From an uncultured Candidatus Rokubacteria bacterium (GTDB lineage Bacteria; Methylomirabilota; Methylomirabilia; Rokubacteriales; CSP1-6): DNA of 64,000 nt. Below are positions 51,379-61,113 of the stretch, piece by piece (position 1 is the first letter of the stretch; each line of letters begins with the position of its first letter). The translations under genes and the position numbers were made by a program. The stretch covers positions 128,001-192,000 of the forward strand of contig CAVWWD010000007.1 in assembly GCA_963758635.1 (NCBI GenBank), given 5' to 3'. Under the pieces are notes generated by a model, which saw only the letters and a list, made by a program, of their open reading frames with translations, made no database searches and was not told where the DNA came from.

Positions 51379-51933
51379 GTGCGAGTCATCGCGGGGGAGC
51401 TGAAGGGGCGGCGCCTGGTGACGCCGCGGGGCCGGACGACACGGCCCACCGCGGACCAGGTCCGCATCGCGTGCCTGGACACCCTGATGCCGTTCGTCGC
51501 CGGCGGCCCCTTCCTGGACCTCTTCGCGGGGGCGGGGGGCGTGGGGATCGAGGCGCTGTCCCGCGGCGCGCCCCACGCCGTGTTCGTGGAGACGGACCCC
51601 GCGGCGCTGCGCGCGCTCCGCGACAACGTCGATGCGCTCGGGCTCGCGGGCCGGGCGCGCGTGCTCCGGGCCGACGCGGAGCGGGGCGTGGAAACGCTGG
51701 CCCGCGCCGGCGAGCGGTTCGCCGTGGTCTTCCTGGATCCGCCCTACGACTCGCCACGCGCCGCCCCCGCGCTCGCGCGGGTCCTGGAGGGCGCGTGCCT
51801 GCTTCCCGGGGCGGTCGTCGTGGTCCAGCACGCCACGAAGACGCCGCCCGCGCTCGGCAGCGACGTGGTGGCCGCGTGGAAGACCCGCCGGTTCGGGGAG
51901 ACGTCCTTGACATTCCTCCGCGCCCCTGCCTAA
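51379..51933 (+). CDS. rsmD: 16S rRNA (guanine966-N2)-methyltransferase
   Basis: RVIAGELKGRRL, TRPT, LDLFAGAG..GIEALSRGA, FLDPPY; recG-rsmD-coaD synteny. Confidence 0.94.
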   Translation: MRVIAGELKGRRLVTPRGRTTRPTADQVRIACLDTLMPFVAGGPFLDLFAGAGGVGIEALSRGAPHAVFVETDPAALRALRDNVDALGLAGRARVLRADAERGVETLARAGERFAVVFLDPPYDSPRAAPALARVLEGACLLPGAVVVVQHATKTPPALGSDVVAAWKTRRFGETSLTFLRAPA

Positions 51934-51936
51934 ACT
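51907..51936 (+). promoter_or_regulatory. internal sigma70 promoter for coaD within the rsmD 3' end
   Basis: TTGACA-N18-TAAACT. Confidence 0.6.
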
Positions 51937-51976
51937 CAGCCGGTTTCGAGCCCGATCCTTCCGCCGGAGGTCTCTC

Positions 51977-52462
51977 GTGGGCAAGCGCGGAGTGTATCCC
52001 GGGATGTTCGACCCCATGCACAACGGACACCTGGACCTCATCGAGCGCAGCCTGCGCATCTTCGACGAGCTCATCGTGGCCGTCGTCGCCAACCCGTCCA
52101 AGGAGCCGCTGTTCACGGTGAAGGAGCGGCTCGAGCTGATCGACGAGGCGACGCGCGGCCTCGAGCGCATGCGCATCACGTCGTTCGACGGCCTGCTCGT
52201 GGACCTCGTGAACCGCGAGGCCGCGGACTGCATCGTCCGGGGCATCCGCGCGGTGTCGGACTTCGAGTACGAGTTCCAGATGGCGCTGATGAACCGGAAG
52301 CTGCAGAGCACCGTGGAGACGGTGTTCATGATGCCCCACGAGCGCTACAGCTACGTCTCCTCGCGGCTCATCAAGGAGGTGGCCTCGCTGGGCGCCCCCG
52401 TCACCGGCATGGTGCCGCCCATCGTCGAGGAGCGTCTGAACGAGAAGTTCCCCAAGAGGTGA
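51977..52462 (+). CDS. coaD: phosphopantetheine adenylyltransferase
   Basis: YPGMFDPMHNGHLDLIER, RGIRAVSDFEYEFQMALMNR, VSSRLIKEVA. Confidence 0.97.
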   Translation: MGKRGVYPGMFDPMHNGHLDLIERSLRIFDELIVAVVANPSKEPLFTVKERLELIDEATRGLERMRITSFDGLLVDLVNREAADCIVRGIRAVSDFEYEFQMALMNRKLQSTVETVFMMPHERYSYVSSRLIKEVASLGAPVTGMVPPIVEERLNEKFPKR

Positions 52463-52467
52463 CCGTG

Positions 52468-53658
52468 ATGCTCGCCGATCGGATGAAGACCCTCGCCCCC
52501 TCGCCCACGCTCGCCATGCAGGCCCGGGCCAAGGCCATGCGCGCCCAGGGCATCGACGTGATCTCCTTCGGCGCGGGCGAGCCCGACTTCGACACGCCGG
52601 CCCGGATCAAGCAGGCGGCGATCCGGGCCCTCGAGAGCGGCCAGACCAAGTACACCGAGGTCGGCGGCGTGCCCGAGCTGCGCGCCGCCGTCTGCCACAA
52701 GCTCAAGCGCGACCAGGGCCTGGACTACACGCCGGACGAGATCGTGGTCTCGTGCGGGGCCAAGCACACGCTCTACAACATCGTGATGGCCCTCGTGAAC
52801 CCGGGCGACGAGGTGCTGATCCCGAGCCCGTACTGGGTCTCGTATCCCGAGCAGGTCCGCCTCCTCGGCGGCGTGCCCGTGGCGGTGCCCACGCCCGAGT
52901 CGACGGGCTTCGACCTGGACCCCGCGGAGCTCCGGAAGGCCGTGACCTCGCGCACGAAGATGATCGTGGTGGACAGCCCCGGCAATCCCACCGGCGCCGT
53001 CTTCTCCGCGGCGGCCCTGCGCGCGGTCGGCGAGCTCGCGGTGGAGCGCGGCCTGTGGATCATCTCCGACGAGTGCTACGAGGCGCTCACCTACGAGGGA
53101 CGCCACGTGTCGATCGCGTCGCTGTCGCCTGCGATCAAGGCGCGGACGATCGTGGTGAACACGTGCTCGAAGGCCTACGCGATGACGGGCTGGCGCATCG
53201 GCTACGCCGCGGGCGCGCGCGAGCTGATCCGGGCCATGACCGACGTGCAGAGCCAGGTCACGTCCAATCCCTCGTCGGTGGCGCAGTGGGCCGCCGTCGA
53301 GGCGCTCACCGGCCCCCAGGACGAGATCGCCAAGATGGTGGGCGAGTTCGATCGCCGCCGCCGGACCATCGTGGACGGCCTCAACGCGGTGCCGGGCGTG
53401 AGCTGCGTGATGCCGCGCGGGGCCTTCTACGCGTTCCCGAACGTGTCGGGCCTCTTCGGCAAGCGCGCCAAGGGCGGCGTGCTCCGGGGCTCCGCCGACG
53501 TGTGCGCGTTCCTCCTCGACGAGGCGCGCATCGCCACCGTGGCCGGCGTGGACTTCGGCTCCGACGCGCACATCCGGCTGTCCTACGCGACGGCGCTCGA
53601 CAAGATCATCGAGGGGCTCGCCCGGATGAACGCGGCGGTACGCTCCCTCGAGGGGTGA
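52468..53658 (+). CDS. aspC: class I/II PLP-dependent (aspartate) aminotransferase
   Basis: GEPDFDTP, PYWVSYP, SPGNPTG, SDECY, SKAYAMTGWRIGY, GAFY, IRLSYA. Confidence 0.9.
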   Translation: MLADRMKTLAPSPTLAMQARAKAMRAQGIDVISFGAGEPDFDTPARIKQAAIRALESGQTKYTEVGGVPELRAAVCHKLKRDQGLDYTPDEIVVSCGAKHTLYNIVMALVNPGDEVLIPSPYWVSYPEQVRLLGGVPVAVPTPESTGFDLDPAELRKAVTSRTKMIVVDSPGNPTGAVFSAAALRAVGELAVERGLWIISDECYEALTYEGRHVSIASLSPAIKARTIVVNTCSKAYAMTGWRIGYAAGARELIRAMTDVQSQVTSNPSSVAQWAAVEALTGPQDEIAKMVGEFDRRRRTIVDGLNAVPGVSCVMPRGAFYAFPNVSGLFGKRAKGGVLRGSADVCAFLLDEARIATVAGVDFGSDAHIRLSYATALDKIIEGLARMNAAVRSLEG

Positions 53659-53670
53659 AGAGGTGACGGC

Positions 53671-54115
53671 ATGAAGATCGAGGGCTCGTACGACCTCGCC
53701 GCCCCGCGCGAGCGGGTGTGGGCCGCCTTCCTGGATCCCGCCACGCTCGCCCAGGCCATCCCGGGCTGCGACGGGCTCGAGGAGATCGGCGCCGGCGAGT
53801 ACAAGGCGATGATGAAGATCGGCGTCGGCGCCATCAAGGGCACCTTCGAGGGCAAGGTGCGTCTGAGCGACCTGGAGCCGCCGACGCGCTACCGCATGGC
53901 CGTGGAGGGCAAGGGCGGCCCCGGCTTCGTCCGCGGCGACGCGAGCATGGCGCTGTCCGACGTTCGACGGCGGCACGCGCGTGACCTACGACGCCGACGT
54001 GCAGGTGGGCGGGCTCATCGCGAGCGTCGGCCAGCGGATGCTGGGCGGCGTCTCGAAGATGATGCTCGACAACTTCTTCACCAAGATGACGGAGCTCCTC
54101 GCCGCCCGCACGTGA
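53671..54115 (+). CDS. coxG: CoxG/SRPBCC family protein (frameshift ~53965)
   Basis: APRERVW..LDP..L...IPGC; second frame VTYDADVQVGGLIASVGQRM...FF. Confidence 0.85.
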
Positions 54116-54738
54116 TCCCGGCCCGCGTCGCCCTCGCCGGCGCCGCGCTGGTGGCGCTGGCCTCGGCCGGCGCGGCCGCCGCCCCGCGCGTCACCCCCGG
54201 CGAGTGCACGCGCGACGGCCTCTACTGCCTCTACCGCTCGATCCTGCCCAGCGCGGGTCTGGTCGCCGACTGCCGGTCCGCCACCGACTGCCGCGTGGGC
54301 TACTACTACGGCGCCCCCGAGCAGGCGACCTGGTTCACGCCCCCCGCGGGCACGCCCACGTTCCCGAAGCCGACCGTGACCTGGCACACGGCCACGCTGG
54401 CCGAGGCCCGGTTTCCGTGCGGGCCCGGTTGCGCCACCAGCTACTTCTTCGAGGCGCGCCGGAGGCGGGTCTCCGCGCCGCGGCCGGACGTCCTGCACGT
54501 GGACCCCACGCGCCAGCTCCTCGCCGCGACGAGCGGCCGCGCGCTGGTGGTGTCGCAGATCTTCGCGGGCCGCGAGGTGGCGCGCATCGAGCGCCCGTGG
54601 GCGCCGGCGCCGCGCCTGGGGGAGGTGGTGACCGCCGTGCGCTTCGATCCCGACGGCCGGCTCACGTTCACGTGGCTCCGGGGCGAGGAGCGCGCCCCGG
54701 TCACGGAGCGCGTCGTGGTCCCGTCGATCCCGCGCTGA
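54112..54738 (+). CDS. hypothetical secreted protein
   Basis: GTGA overlap, signal peptide VALAGAALVALASAGAAAA, paired cysteines including CGPGC. Confidence 0.7.
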   Translation: MIPARVALAGAALVALASAGAAAAPRVTPGECTRDGLYCLYRSILPSAGLVADCRSATDCRVGYYYGAPEQATWFTPPAGTPTFPKPTVTWHTATLAEARFPCGPGCATSYFFEARRRRVSAPRPDVLHVDPTRQLLAATSGRALVVSQIFAGREVARIERPWAPAPRLGEVVTAVRFDPDGRLTFTWLRGEERAPVTERVVVPSIPR

Positions 54739-54748
54739 GCGGGGGAGG

Positions 54749-55951
54749 CTATCCTTCCGACGCGACGGCGTGGGCGGCGATGGGGGCGCGGAGCATGGAC
54801 GTGAGGGGGATCGTCACGAACACGATGACGCCGATCGCGGCCAGGGTGACGGCCACGCCCGCCCAGTCGCTCACCATCCCGTAGACGAACGGCGCCAGCG
54901 CCGAGGCGCTGATCCCCACCGTGTAGAACACGGCGTAGCTCCGCGCGCGGCGGTCGGGATCGACGAGGTCGGCCACGGTGCCGTAGAGCACCGACGACGT
55001 GCCGTTCAGCGCGATGCCGAGGATCGGCAGCACGGCGAGGCAGCCGCCGAGCGGAAGGGCCAGGAGCAGCAGGATGCCCACGCCGGTGGCCGTCTCGGTG
55101 ACGATCACGGTGCGGATGATGCCGAGCCGCTCGGCCAGCGCGCCGCAGGCGAGCTTGCCCGCCGCGCCGCCCGCGAACACGAGCATGAGGGCCAGGCCCA
55201 CGCCGCCCACCGGCGAGCCCTTGGCGATGAGCAGGAAGGGCAGGAAGGTGAGGAAGCCGGAGCGGGTGCCGTTGTCGATGACCTGGATCAGCGACAGCGC
55301 GCGAAAGCCGCGCGGCGTCGCGGATGCCCCAGCCCGAGCGCGCCGGCTCGCCGGGGTGCGCGCGCGGCACGGCCGCTTCCGGTCCGCCGACGTGCAGACG
55401 AGCGAGCACGAAGGGCAGCGCGCAGGCGGCGGCGAGCCCGAGCGCCGCATACACGCTCGTGGCCGCGCGCCATCCGCACCACGCCGCGGCCAGGCCCACG
55501 GCGGCCGGCACGGCGACCTTGCCGAGGTCCCCCGAGAAGTTGTACGTGCCGAGCGCCACGCGCCGGGCGGCCCTGCTCGTAGGCCTTCGACACGATCGAC
55601 GACGACAGGGGGTGCTGGACGCTCGAGCCGAGGCCGGCGGCGAGCAAGGCAGGCGAGGAGGCCGGCGAACCCGCCGCTCGTTCCCGCGGCCAGGTAGCCG
55701 AGCGCGGTGACCGCGGTGCCGATCGCGAGGAGGCGGGCCTCGCCCCAGCGCTCGGCGAGGAGGCCCGCCGGCACCTGGAAGCTCGCCATGCCGCCGCTGT
55801 ACGCCGTCTTCAGGAGGCCCACCTGGGTGAACGAGAGCCCGAGCTCGGCGGTCCACACCGGCAGCAGGACGAGGAGGATGTCCGAGAACCCGTCGTGGAC
55901 GAAGTGGATGACCGATGCGGCGGTGAGCACCGCGGCGGGACGTCGAGCCAT
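54749..55951 (-). CDS. MFS transporter (FSR-like; compensating frameshifts ~55320-55650)
   Basis: HFVHDG, LGLSFTQVGLL, GLLAERWG, GLGSSVQHP, NGTSSVLYGTV. Confidence 0.88.
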   Translation of the reverse strand: MARRPAAVLTAASVIHFVHDGFSDILLVLLPVWTAELGLSFTQVGLLKTAYSGGMASFQVPAGLLAERWGEARLLAIGTAVTALGYLAAGTSGGFAGLLACLARRRPRLERPAPPVVVDRVEGLRAGPPGAWRSARTTSRGTSARSPCRPPWAWPRRGADGARPRACMRRSGSPPPARCPSCSLVCTSADRKRPCRARTPASRRARAGASATPRGFRALSLIQVIDNGTRSGFLTFLPFLLIAKGSPVGGVGLALMLVFAGGAAGKLACGALAERLGIIRTVIVTETATGVGILLLLALPLGGCLAVLPILGIALNGTSSVLYGTVADLVDPDRRARSYAVFYTVGISASALAPFVYGMVSDWAGVAVTLAAIGVIVFVTIPLTSMLRAPIAAHAVASEG

Positions 55952-56135
55952 GCGCCGATTGTTCCACAGCCGGCGCGGCGCGGGCAACGCACGAAGTTCG
56001 TCGGGGGAGGTTCTCATGCGCCCATATCGAAGACACGCGGGCCATGCGACGAAGCTCACGCTGCGGGGTGCCATGGCCGCGATGAGGCTCTTGATGGCGA
56101 CGAATGCATACCATTGTGGTATGCCAGGCTCCAGA

Positions 56136-56505
56136 GTGTACTGGACGCTGGTCTTCACCGCGGCCAGTCTGGAGCACCTCGCAGAGCGGGGCATCCACGC
56201 GATGGACGTTACCGATGCCGCCTACGGCAAGAATGGCCCTGCACGCGTACGTAGATCCGGCCGGGGTGCCCGGCAGCGCTGGTCGTAGTAGCGCCGCTGG
56301 AGACGGGCGACCTTCTGACCTGTGTGTTCCGGCGGCGCACCCGCGCGATCTTGAGACGGAGGGTGCGTTCACCGTTTCGGGCCAAGGACGGCAGGAGTCT
56401 CCGGGGCGATTCAACGCGTCGATGCGCTTGTGTGTCAGCGCCCGCATATCCGACGCGGATGAAGTGAGGAGTTATCGCAGGTGGCGCGCAGACAAAAGGA
56501 GATAA
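56136..56505 (+). CDS. BrnT-like type II toxin (frameshifted)
   Basis: EHLAERGI...DV..A, VV...G.LLTCVF, C-terminal CVSAR.SDADEVRSY. Confidence 0.55.
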
Positions 56506-56821
56506 GGGTACAGTATCCACTCGGAAGAGCAGGATTCCAGTATTCCGAACCGATCGAGACGAGCGTGGGTTCTGGGCGCGGCACAGTGTCGAGGAATTCG
56601 CCAGAGACCTTGTGGATCTAGACGTTGAGATTCGCCCGCCGCGCACGGAGCAAATCGCTCTCCGCCTCCACAAGGAGGACCTGCAGACACTGCGTTCCTT
56701 GGCCGCGGAACGCGGCGTGGGACACACAACTTTGGCGAGAACCGTCCTCGAGGGCTGGATCACACGGTCGCGGACGAGGAGCACAACCGTACGACGCAGG
56801 CAGAACCGCCGCCCAGCCTGA
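56481..56821 (+). CDS. BrnA/CopG-like antitoxin (start frameshifted in an A-run)
   Basis: GAGGAG RBS + GTG; IPVFRTDRDERGFWARHSVEEF and RHH-like QIALRL..EDL..LR.LAAERGVGHTTLAR. Confidence 0.75.
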
Positions 56822-56898
56822 TCCGGAGATCTCCCTCTAACAGAGTCTGGAGCCGACGGTGTGCGGGGTTTCTTGTCTTGCCCGTCTCGCCCTCCAGG

Positions 56899-57711
56899 CT
56901 AGGACGGGAGAGACCCGAGAAAGTCGAGGACGGCGCGGTGGAACGCCTCGGGCTGGTCGCGGTTGGCGAAGTGGCCCGCGGGCGAGAGGAGCACGAACTG
57001 CGCGTGCTTGATCTTCTCCGTCATCACGCGCATGGCGGCGAGCGAGGGATCCTCGTCGCCGCAGATCAGGAGCGTGGGCGCGGCGATCTCCGACAGGCGC
57101 TCGGTGACGTAGTCCATCTGGAGCAGCGCGCGCAGCGCGTTCGCGTACCCGACGGGCTCCAGCATCCGGTACATGGCGAAGACCTCGTCACGGGCCCGGG
57201 GGTCGAGCTTGATCCGTCCCGCCACGTTCGGATTGGACGCGATCGCGAACTCGGCCATGGCGTCCATGCCTCCGGCCAGGGTCACCTCGATGCTCCGCGC
57301 CCGCATCACGAGGTGCGCCACCGAGAGCGGCAGCCCCGCCGCCGACGACGAGTCGACGACCACGAGGGCGGCCACGCGCTCGGGGTGGGCGAGGGTGAAG
57401 CGCGTGGCGATGCCGCCGCCGAGGCTCAGGCCGCCCACGGCGGGACGCGCGAGGCCGAGATGGTCCACGAGGTCGCGCAGGTCGAGCGTCCAGTGGCCGA
57501 ACGTCACGCGGGTCGGGTCGGCCGGGCTCTCCGACCGGGCGTGGCCGCGGGGCTCCCAGAGCACGAGGCGGTGCCGCGCGGCGAGGGCGGCCACGTTGGG
57601 CGCCCACATGCCGGCGTTGCCGCCGATCCCGTAGGCGAGGACGAGCGGCGTCCCCGAGCCGTGCTCCTCGTAGTAGATCCTGACGCCGTCGGTGGTCGTG
57701 AAGTGCGCCAT
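56899..57711 (-). CDS. alpha/beta fold hydrolase
   Basis: IYYEEHGSG.P, RGHARS, GLSLGG, GDED, AGH. Confidence 0.9.
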   Translation of the reverse strand: MAHFTTTDGVRIYYEEHGSGTPLVLAYGIGGNAGMWAPNVAALAARHRLVLWEPRGHARSESPADPTRVTFGHWTLDLRDLVDHLGLARPAVGGLSLGGGIATRFTLAHPERVAALVVVDSSSAAGLPLSVAHLVMRARSIEVTLAGGMDAMAEFAIASNPNVAGRIKLDPRARDEVFAMYRMLEPVGYANALRALLQMDYVTERLSEIAAPTLLICGDEDPSLAAMRVMTEKIKHAQFVLLSPAGHFANRDQPEAFHRAVLDFLGSLPS

Positions 57712-57804
57712 GTCGAGCCTCCCGGGCGGCCGCGCGCCGCAATTGCTGCTCCATGGAAAGGGCCGCCCGCGCGGATGTCAAGCAGGACGACGAGGCAGCG
57801 TTCG

Positions 57805-57930
57805 CCCTTCTCCCTCTCCCTTCGAGGGAGAGGGCCGGGGTGAGGGTCGGTGGCACTATCTCACGGCGAGACTGTCCGTGTGCTTGCGCGACCGCCCCTC
57901 ACCCTGCCCTCTCCCCAAAGGGGAGAGGGA
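57805..57930. repeat. inverted pair of CCCTCTCCC-loop-GGGAGAGGG REP-like stem-loop elements
   Basis: CCCTCTCCC-ttcga-GGGAGAGGG-ccggggtgagggt (~57812-57847) and ccctcaccctg-CCCTCTCCCC-aaa-GGGGAGAGGG (~57896-57929). Confidence 0.8.
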
Positions 57931-57998
57931 ACGCCGTGACGCCTTGGCGCGCGGCGAGCGTTGGCGCGGCGCCCGCGCGCGTGCTAGAGTCCGCGACC

Positions 57999-58727
57999 AT
58001 GAGCGACAATGTCACCCTTGTCCGCGACGGCGCCATCGCGACGGTCACGCTCGACCGTCCCGAGCGGCGCAACTCCCTCAGCGATCCCATGCTGACCGAC
58101 CTCGGCGCGGCCTTCGCCGAGCTGCGCGACGACGCCGCGACGCGCGTGGTGATCGTCACCGGGACGCCGCCGATGTTCTCCGCGGGCGCCGACGCCCCCT
58201 TCAAGAAGGGCATGACGGCGGAGGAGCGGCGGCAGATGTTCCTCGGCCGGAAGAGCCAGTTCCGCCGGCTCTTCGAGCGCGCCAACACCATGCTGGAGAG
58301 CCTCGAGCAGGCCACGATCTGCCAGATCAACGGCCACGCGGTGGGCGGCGGCTGGGGCCTCACCCTCGCGTGCGACTTCCGTTTCGCGGGCGCGTCGGCC
58401 CAGATGTGGATCCCCGAGGTGGACCTGGGCGTGCCGCTTGGCGTGGCCTCCACGACGCGCTTCGTGCGCCTCGTGGGGCCGGCGCGCGCCAAGGAGATCA
58501 TCATGGGCTGCCGGCGCTACTCGGCGGCGGAGGCGGAGGCGTGGGGCCTCGTGCATCGCGCGGTGGCCGACGACCTCCTCGCCAGGACGGTGCGCGAGTA
58601 CGCGGCCCTGCTCGCGGCCAAGCCGTTCCGCGCGCTCGCGGAGATGAAGGCGCGGATCAACGCCATCGCCCGCACCGGCATCCCAGAGGTGAACGCGATG
58701 ACCGAGGGATTCCTCGACCGAACCTGA
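57999..58727 (+). CDS. enoyl-CoA hydratase/isomerase family protein
   Basis: TVTLDRPERRN, FSAGAD, NGHAVGGG..L..ACDFR, PEVDLG. Confidence 0.92.
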   Translation: MSDNVTLVRDGAIATVTLDRPERRNSLSDPMLTDLGAAFAELRDDAATRVVIVTGTPPMFSAGADAPFKKGMTAEERRQMFLGRKSQFRRLFERANTMLESLEQATICQINGHAVGGGWGLTLACDFRFAGASAQMWIPEVDLGVPLGVASTTRFVRLVGPARAKEIIMGCRRYSAAEAEAWGLVHRAVADDLLARTVREYAALLAAKPFRALAEMKARINAIARTGIPEVNAMTEGFLDRT

Positions 58728-58778
58728 GGCCGGCGGGCGTCCCGCCCGCTGCGCCGCGAAGACCAAGGAGGAGAGTCC

Positions 58779-60199
58779 ATGAGCAGCAGACCCATGGCGA
58801 GCTACAGCCTCACCGTCCGGTTGCGCATCGCCAACCTGCCCGGGATGCTCGGCAAGGTGACCTCGGCGATCGGCGAGGCCGGCGGCGACATCGGCGCGGT
58901 GGACATCGTCGAGGCGGGGGGCCCCACCATCACCCGCAACGTCTCGTTCAAGGCGGGGGACGAGGGTCACGGCGAGCGGATCGTCGAGCGCCTCCGGCGT
59001 GTCGAGGGCGTCACCGTCGTCAACGTGTCCGACCGCACCTTCCTCATGCACCTCGGCGGCAAGATCGCCACGCAGGCCCGGGTGGCGGTGAAGACCCGCG
59101 ACGACCTCTCGATGGTCTACACGCCGGGCGTGGCCCGCGTGTGCATGGCCATCCACGCCGAGCCCGAGAAGGCCTACAACCTCACGATCAAGCAGAACAC
59201 GGTGGCGGTCGTCAGCGACGGCTCCGCCGTCCTCGGCCTCGGCAACATCGGCCCCTTCGGCGCCGCGCCCGTGATGGAAGGCAAATGCCTCATCTTCAAG
59301 GAGTTCGCCGGGGTGGACGCGTTCCCGCTGTGCCTGGCCACCCAGGACGTGGACGAGATCGTGCGCACGGTGATGGCCGTGTCGCCGATCTTCGGCGGCA
59401 TCAACCTCGAGGACATCTCGGCGCCGCGGTGCTTCGAGATCGAGGAGCGCCTTCAGGAGGCGCTCGAGATCCCGGTGTTCCATGACGACCAGCACGGCAC
59501 CGCGGTGGTGGTGCTCGCCGCGCTCCTGAACGCGCTCAAGATCGTGAAGAAGAGCCTGTCCGAGGCCCGCATCGTGTTCGTGGGCGCGGGCGCCTCCGGC
59601 ATCGCCACCGCCAAGCTCCTCATGCTGGAAGGGGCGCAGCACATCGTGGCGTGCGACCGCGTCCGGCCTCCTCTACCGCGGCCGCACCGACAACATGAAC
59701 TCGATGAAGCAGTGGTTCGCCGAGCACACGAACCCGAAGGGGCTGCGCGGCAGCGTCGCCACCGCCGTCGAGGGCGCCGACGTGTTCATCGGGCTGTCCG
59801 GGCCGGGCGTGGTGTCGGTGGCGGACATCAAGACGATGGGTCGCGACCCGATCGTGTTCGCGATGGCCAACCCGACGCCGGAGATCATGCCCGAGGAGGT
59901 GGCCTCGAACGTGCGCGTGATGGCGACCGGACGCTCCGACTATCCGAACCAGATCAACAACTCCTGCTGCTTCCCCGGCTTCTTCCGCGGCATGCTCGAC
60001 GTGCGGGCCCGGCGGGTCAACGACGAGATGAAGCTGGCCGCGGCGCACGCGCTGGCCGGGCATCGTGAGCGAGAGCGAGCTGTGCGAGGAGTACATCACG
60101 CCCGGCATGTTCGACTCGCGGGTGGTCCCGGCGGTCACGGCCGCCGTCGCCGAGGCCGCGGTCAAGACGGGGGTGGCCCGCCGCCGCGCCCGGGCCTGA
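58779..60199 (+). CDS. malic enzyme with N-terminal ACT domain (frameshifts ~59660, ~60060)
   Basis: PGMLGKV ACT; DLSMVYTPGVA, DGSAVLGLGNIG, VMEGK, INLEDI, FHDDQHGTA, GAGASG, AMANPTPEI, TGRSDYPNQINN. Confidence 0.92.
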
Positions 60200-60316
60200 C
60201 GCTCCGGGCCCCGCGCCCGGCCGAACGGAACGATTCAACGGCCGGCGACCCGTCCGATCCGCCGCGAAGGCGGCGCGGACAGGTCGCCGGCCGTGGTGTT
60301 TCCAGACGCCCGCGGA

Positions 60317-61081
60317 TCAGCCGCCGCGCGTCCAGACGCCGGCGGGGTCGCAGTCGCGGACGATCGCGAGATCCTCCGCGGTGGGGGCCGGCGTCTCGCC
60401 CACGTCGGGGGCGACGAGCAGGTCCCACCCCGTGGCCGCCCGCACGGTCTCGACGCTCTGCCCGGGGTGGTACGAGGCGAGCACCATCTCCGCGCGCTCG
60501 GGGTCGAAGCGGAAGACGCCCAGCGTCGTGATGACCGCCGAGGGGCCGCCGCCGTGGAGTCCGACGCGCGCGCGCCAGCCCGGCCCGTCGCCGAAGCCGG
60601 GCGAGGTGACGTAGTCGACCCGCTCCCGGAACCGGTGGCGCTCCTGCGGCATGATCACCACGAAGCGGCGCGACAGGCTCGCGATGTCGGCGCCGCCCCC
60701 GCTGCCGGGCAGCCGCACGCGCGGATGCGCCCAGTCGCCGACGTACGACGTGTTGAGGTTCCCGCGCCGGTCGATCTCCGCTCCGCCGATGAAGCCCATG
60801 TCCACCAGGCCCTGCTGGAGGAGGGCCATGATCTCGAGCGTGCCCGTGGCCCACACCGCGCCCCGGACGTTCGGCGTGTCGCTCATCGTCATGAGCGTCG
60901 CCGGGGCGGGGGCGTCGCGCACGATCCCGTTCTCGAAGAGGCCGACGGCGGCGGGCGCGTGGGTGCGCTTGGCGAAGGCGAACGCGAGGAGGGGCAAGCG
61001 CATGCCGACGAACACGACCTCGCCGTCGCGGATCTCGCGCCCCGCGGCGATCACCATCAGCTCGCGGTCGGTGAAGCTCAC
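60317..61081 (-). CDS. CoA-transferase subunit B (GctB/CatJ-like)
   Basis: VFVGMRLP, FENG, GFIGGAEIDRRGNLN, RLPGSGGGADIA, VDYVTSPG. Confidence 0.9.
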   Translation of the reverse strand: MSFTDRELMVIAAGREIRDGEVVFVGMRLPLLAFAFAKRTHAPAAVGLFENGIVRDAPAPATLMTMSDTPNVRGAVWATGTLEIMALLQQGLVDMGFIGGAEIDRRGNLNTSYVGDWAHPRVRLPGSGGGADIASLSRRFVVIMPQERHRFRERVDYVTSPGFGDGPGWRARVGLHGGGPSAVITTLGVFRFDPERAEMVLASYHPGQSVETVRAATGWDLLVAPDVGETPAPTAEDLAIVRDCDPAGVWTRGG

Positions 61082-61113
61082 GGGACCATCAGCTCGCGGT
61101 CGGTGAAGCTCAC
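61053..61113. repeat. 29-bp perfect direct repeat duplicating the start of the CoA-transferase B gene
   Basis: ACCATCAGCTCGCGGTCGGTGAAGCTCAC at 61053-61081 and 61085-61113. Confidence 0.95.

Noticed and set aside
53671..54738. Apparent CoxG fusion to a secreted domain
   Set aside because: The CoxG C-terminus continues in another frame to a stop at 54115 and the second gene has its own GTG and signal peptide; the fusion results from a frameshift.
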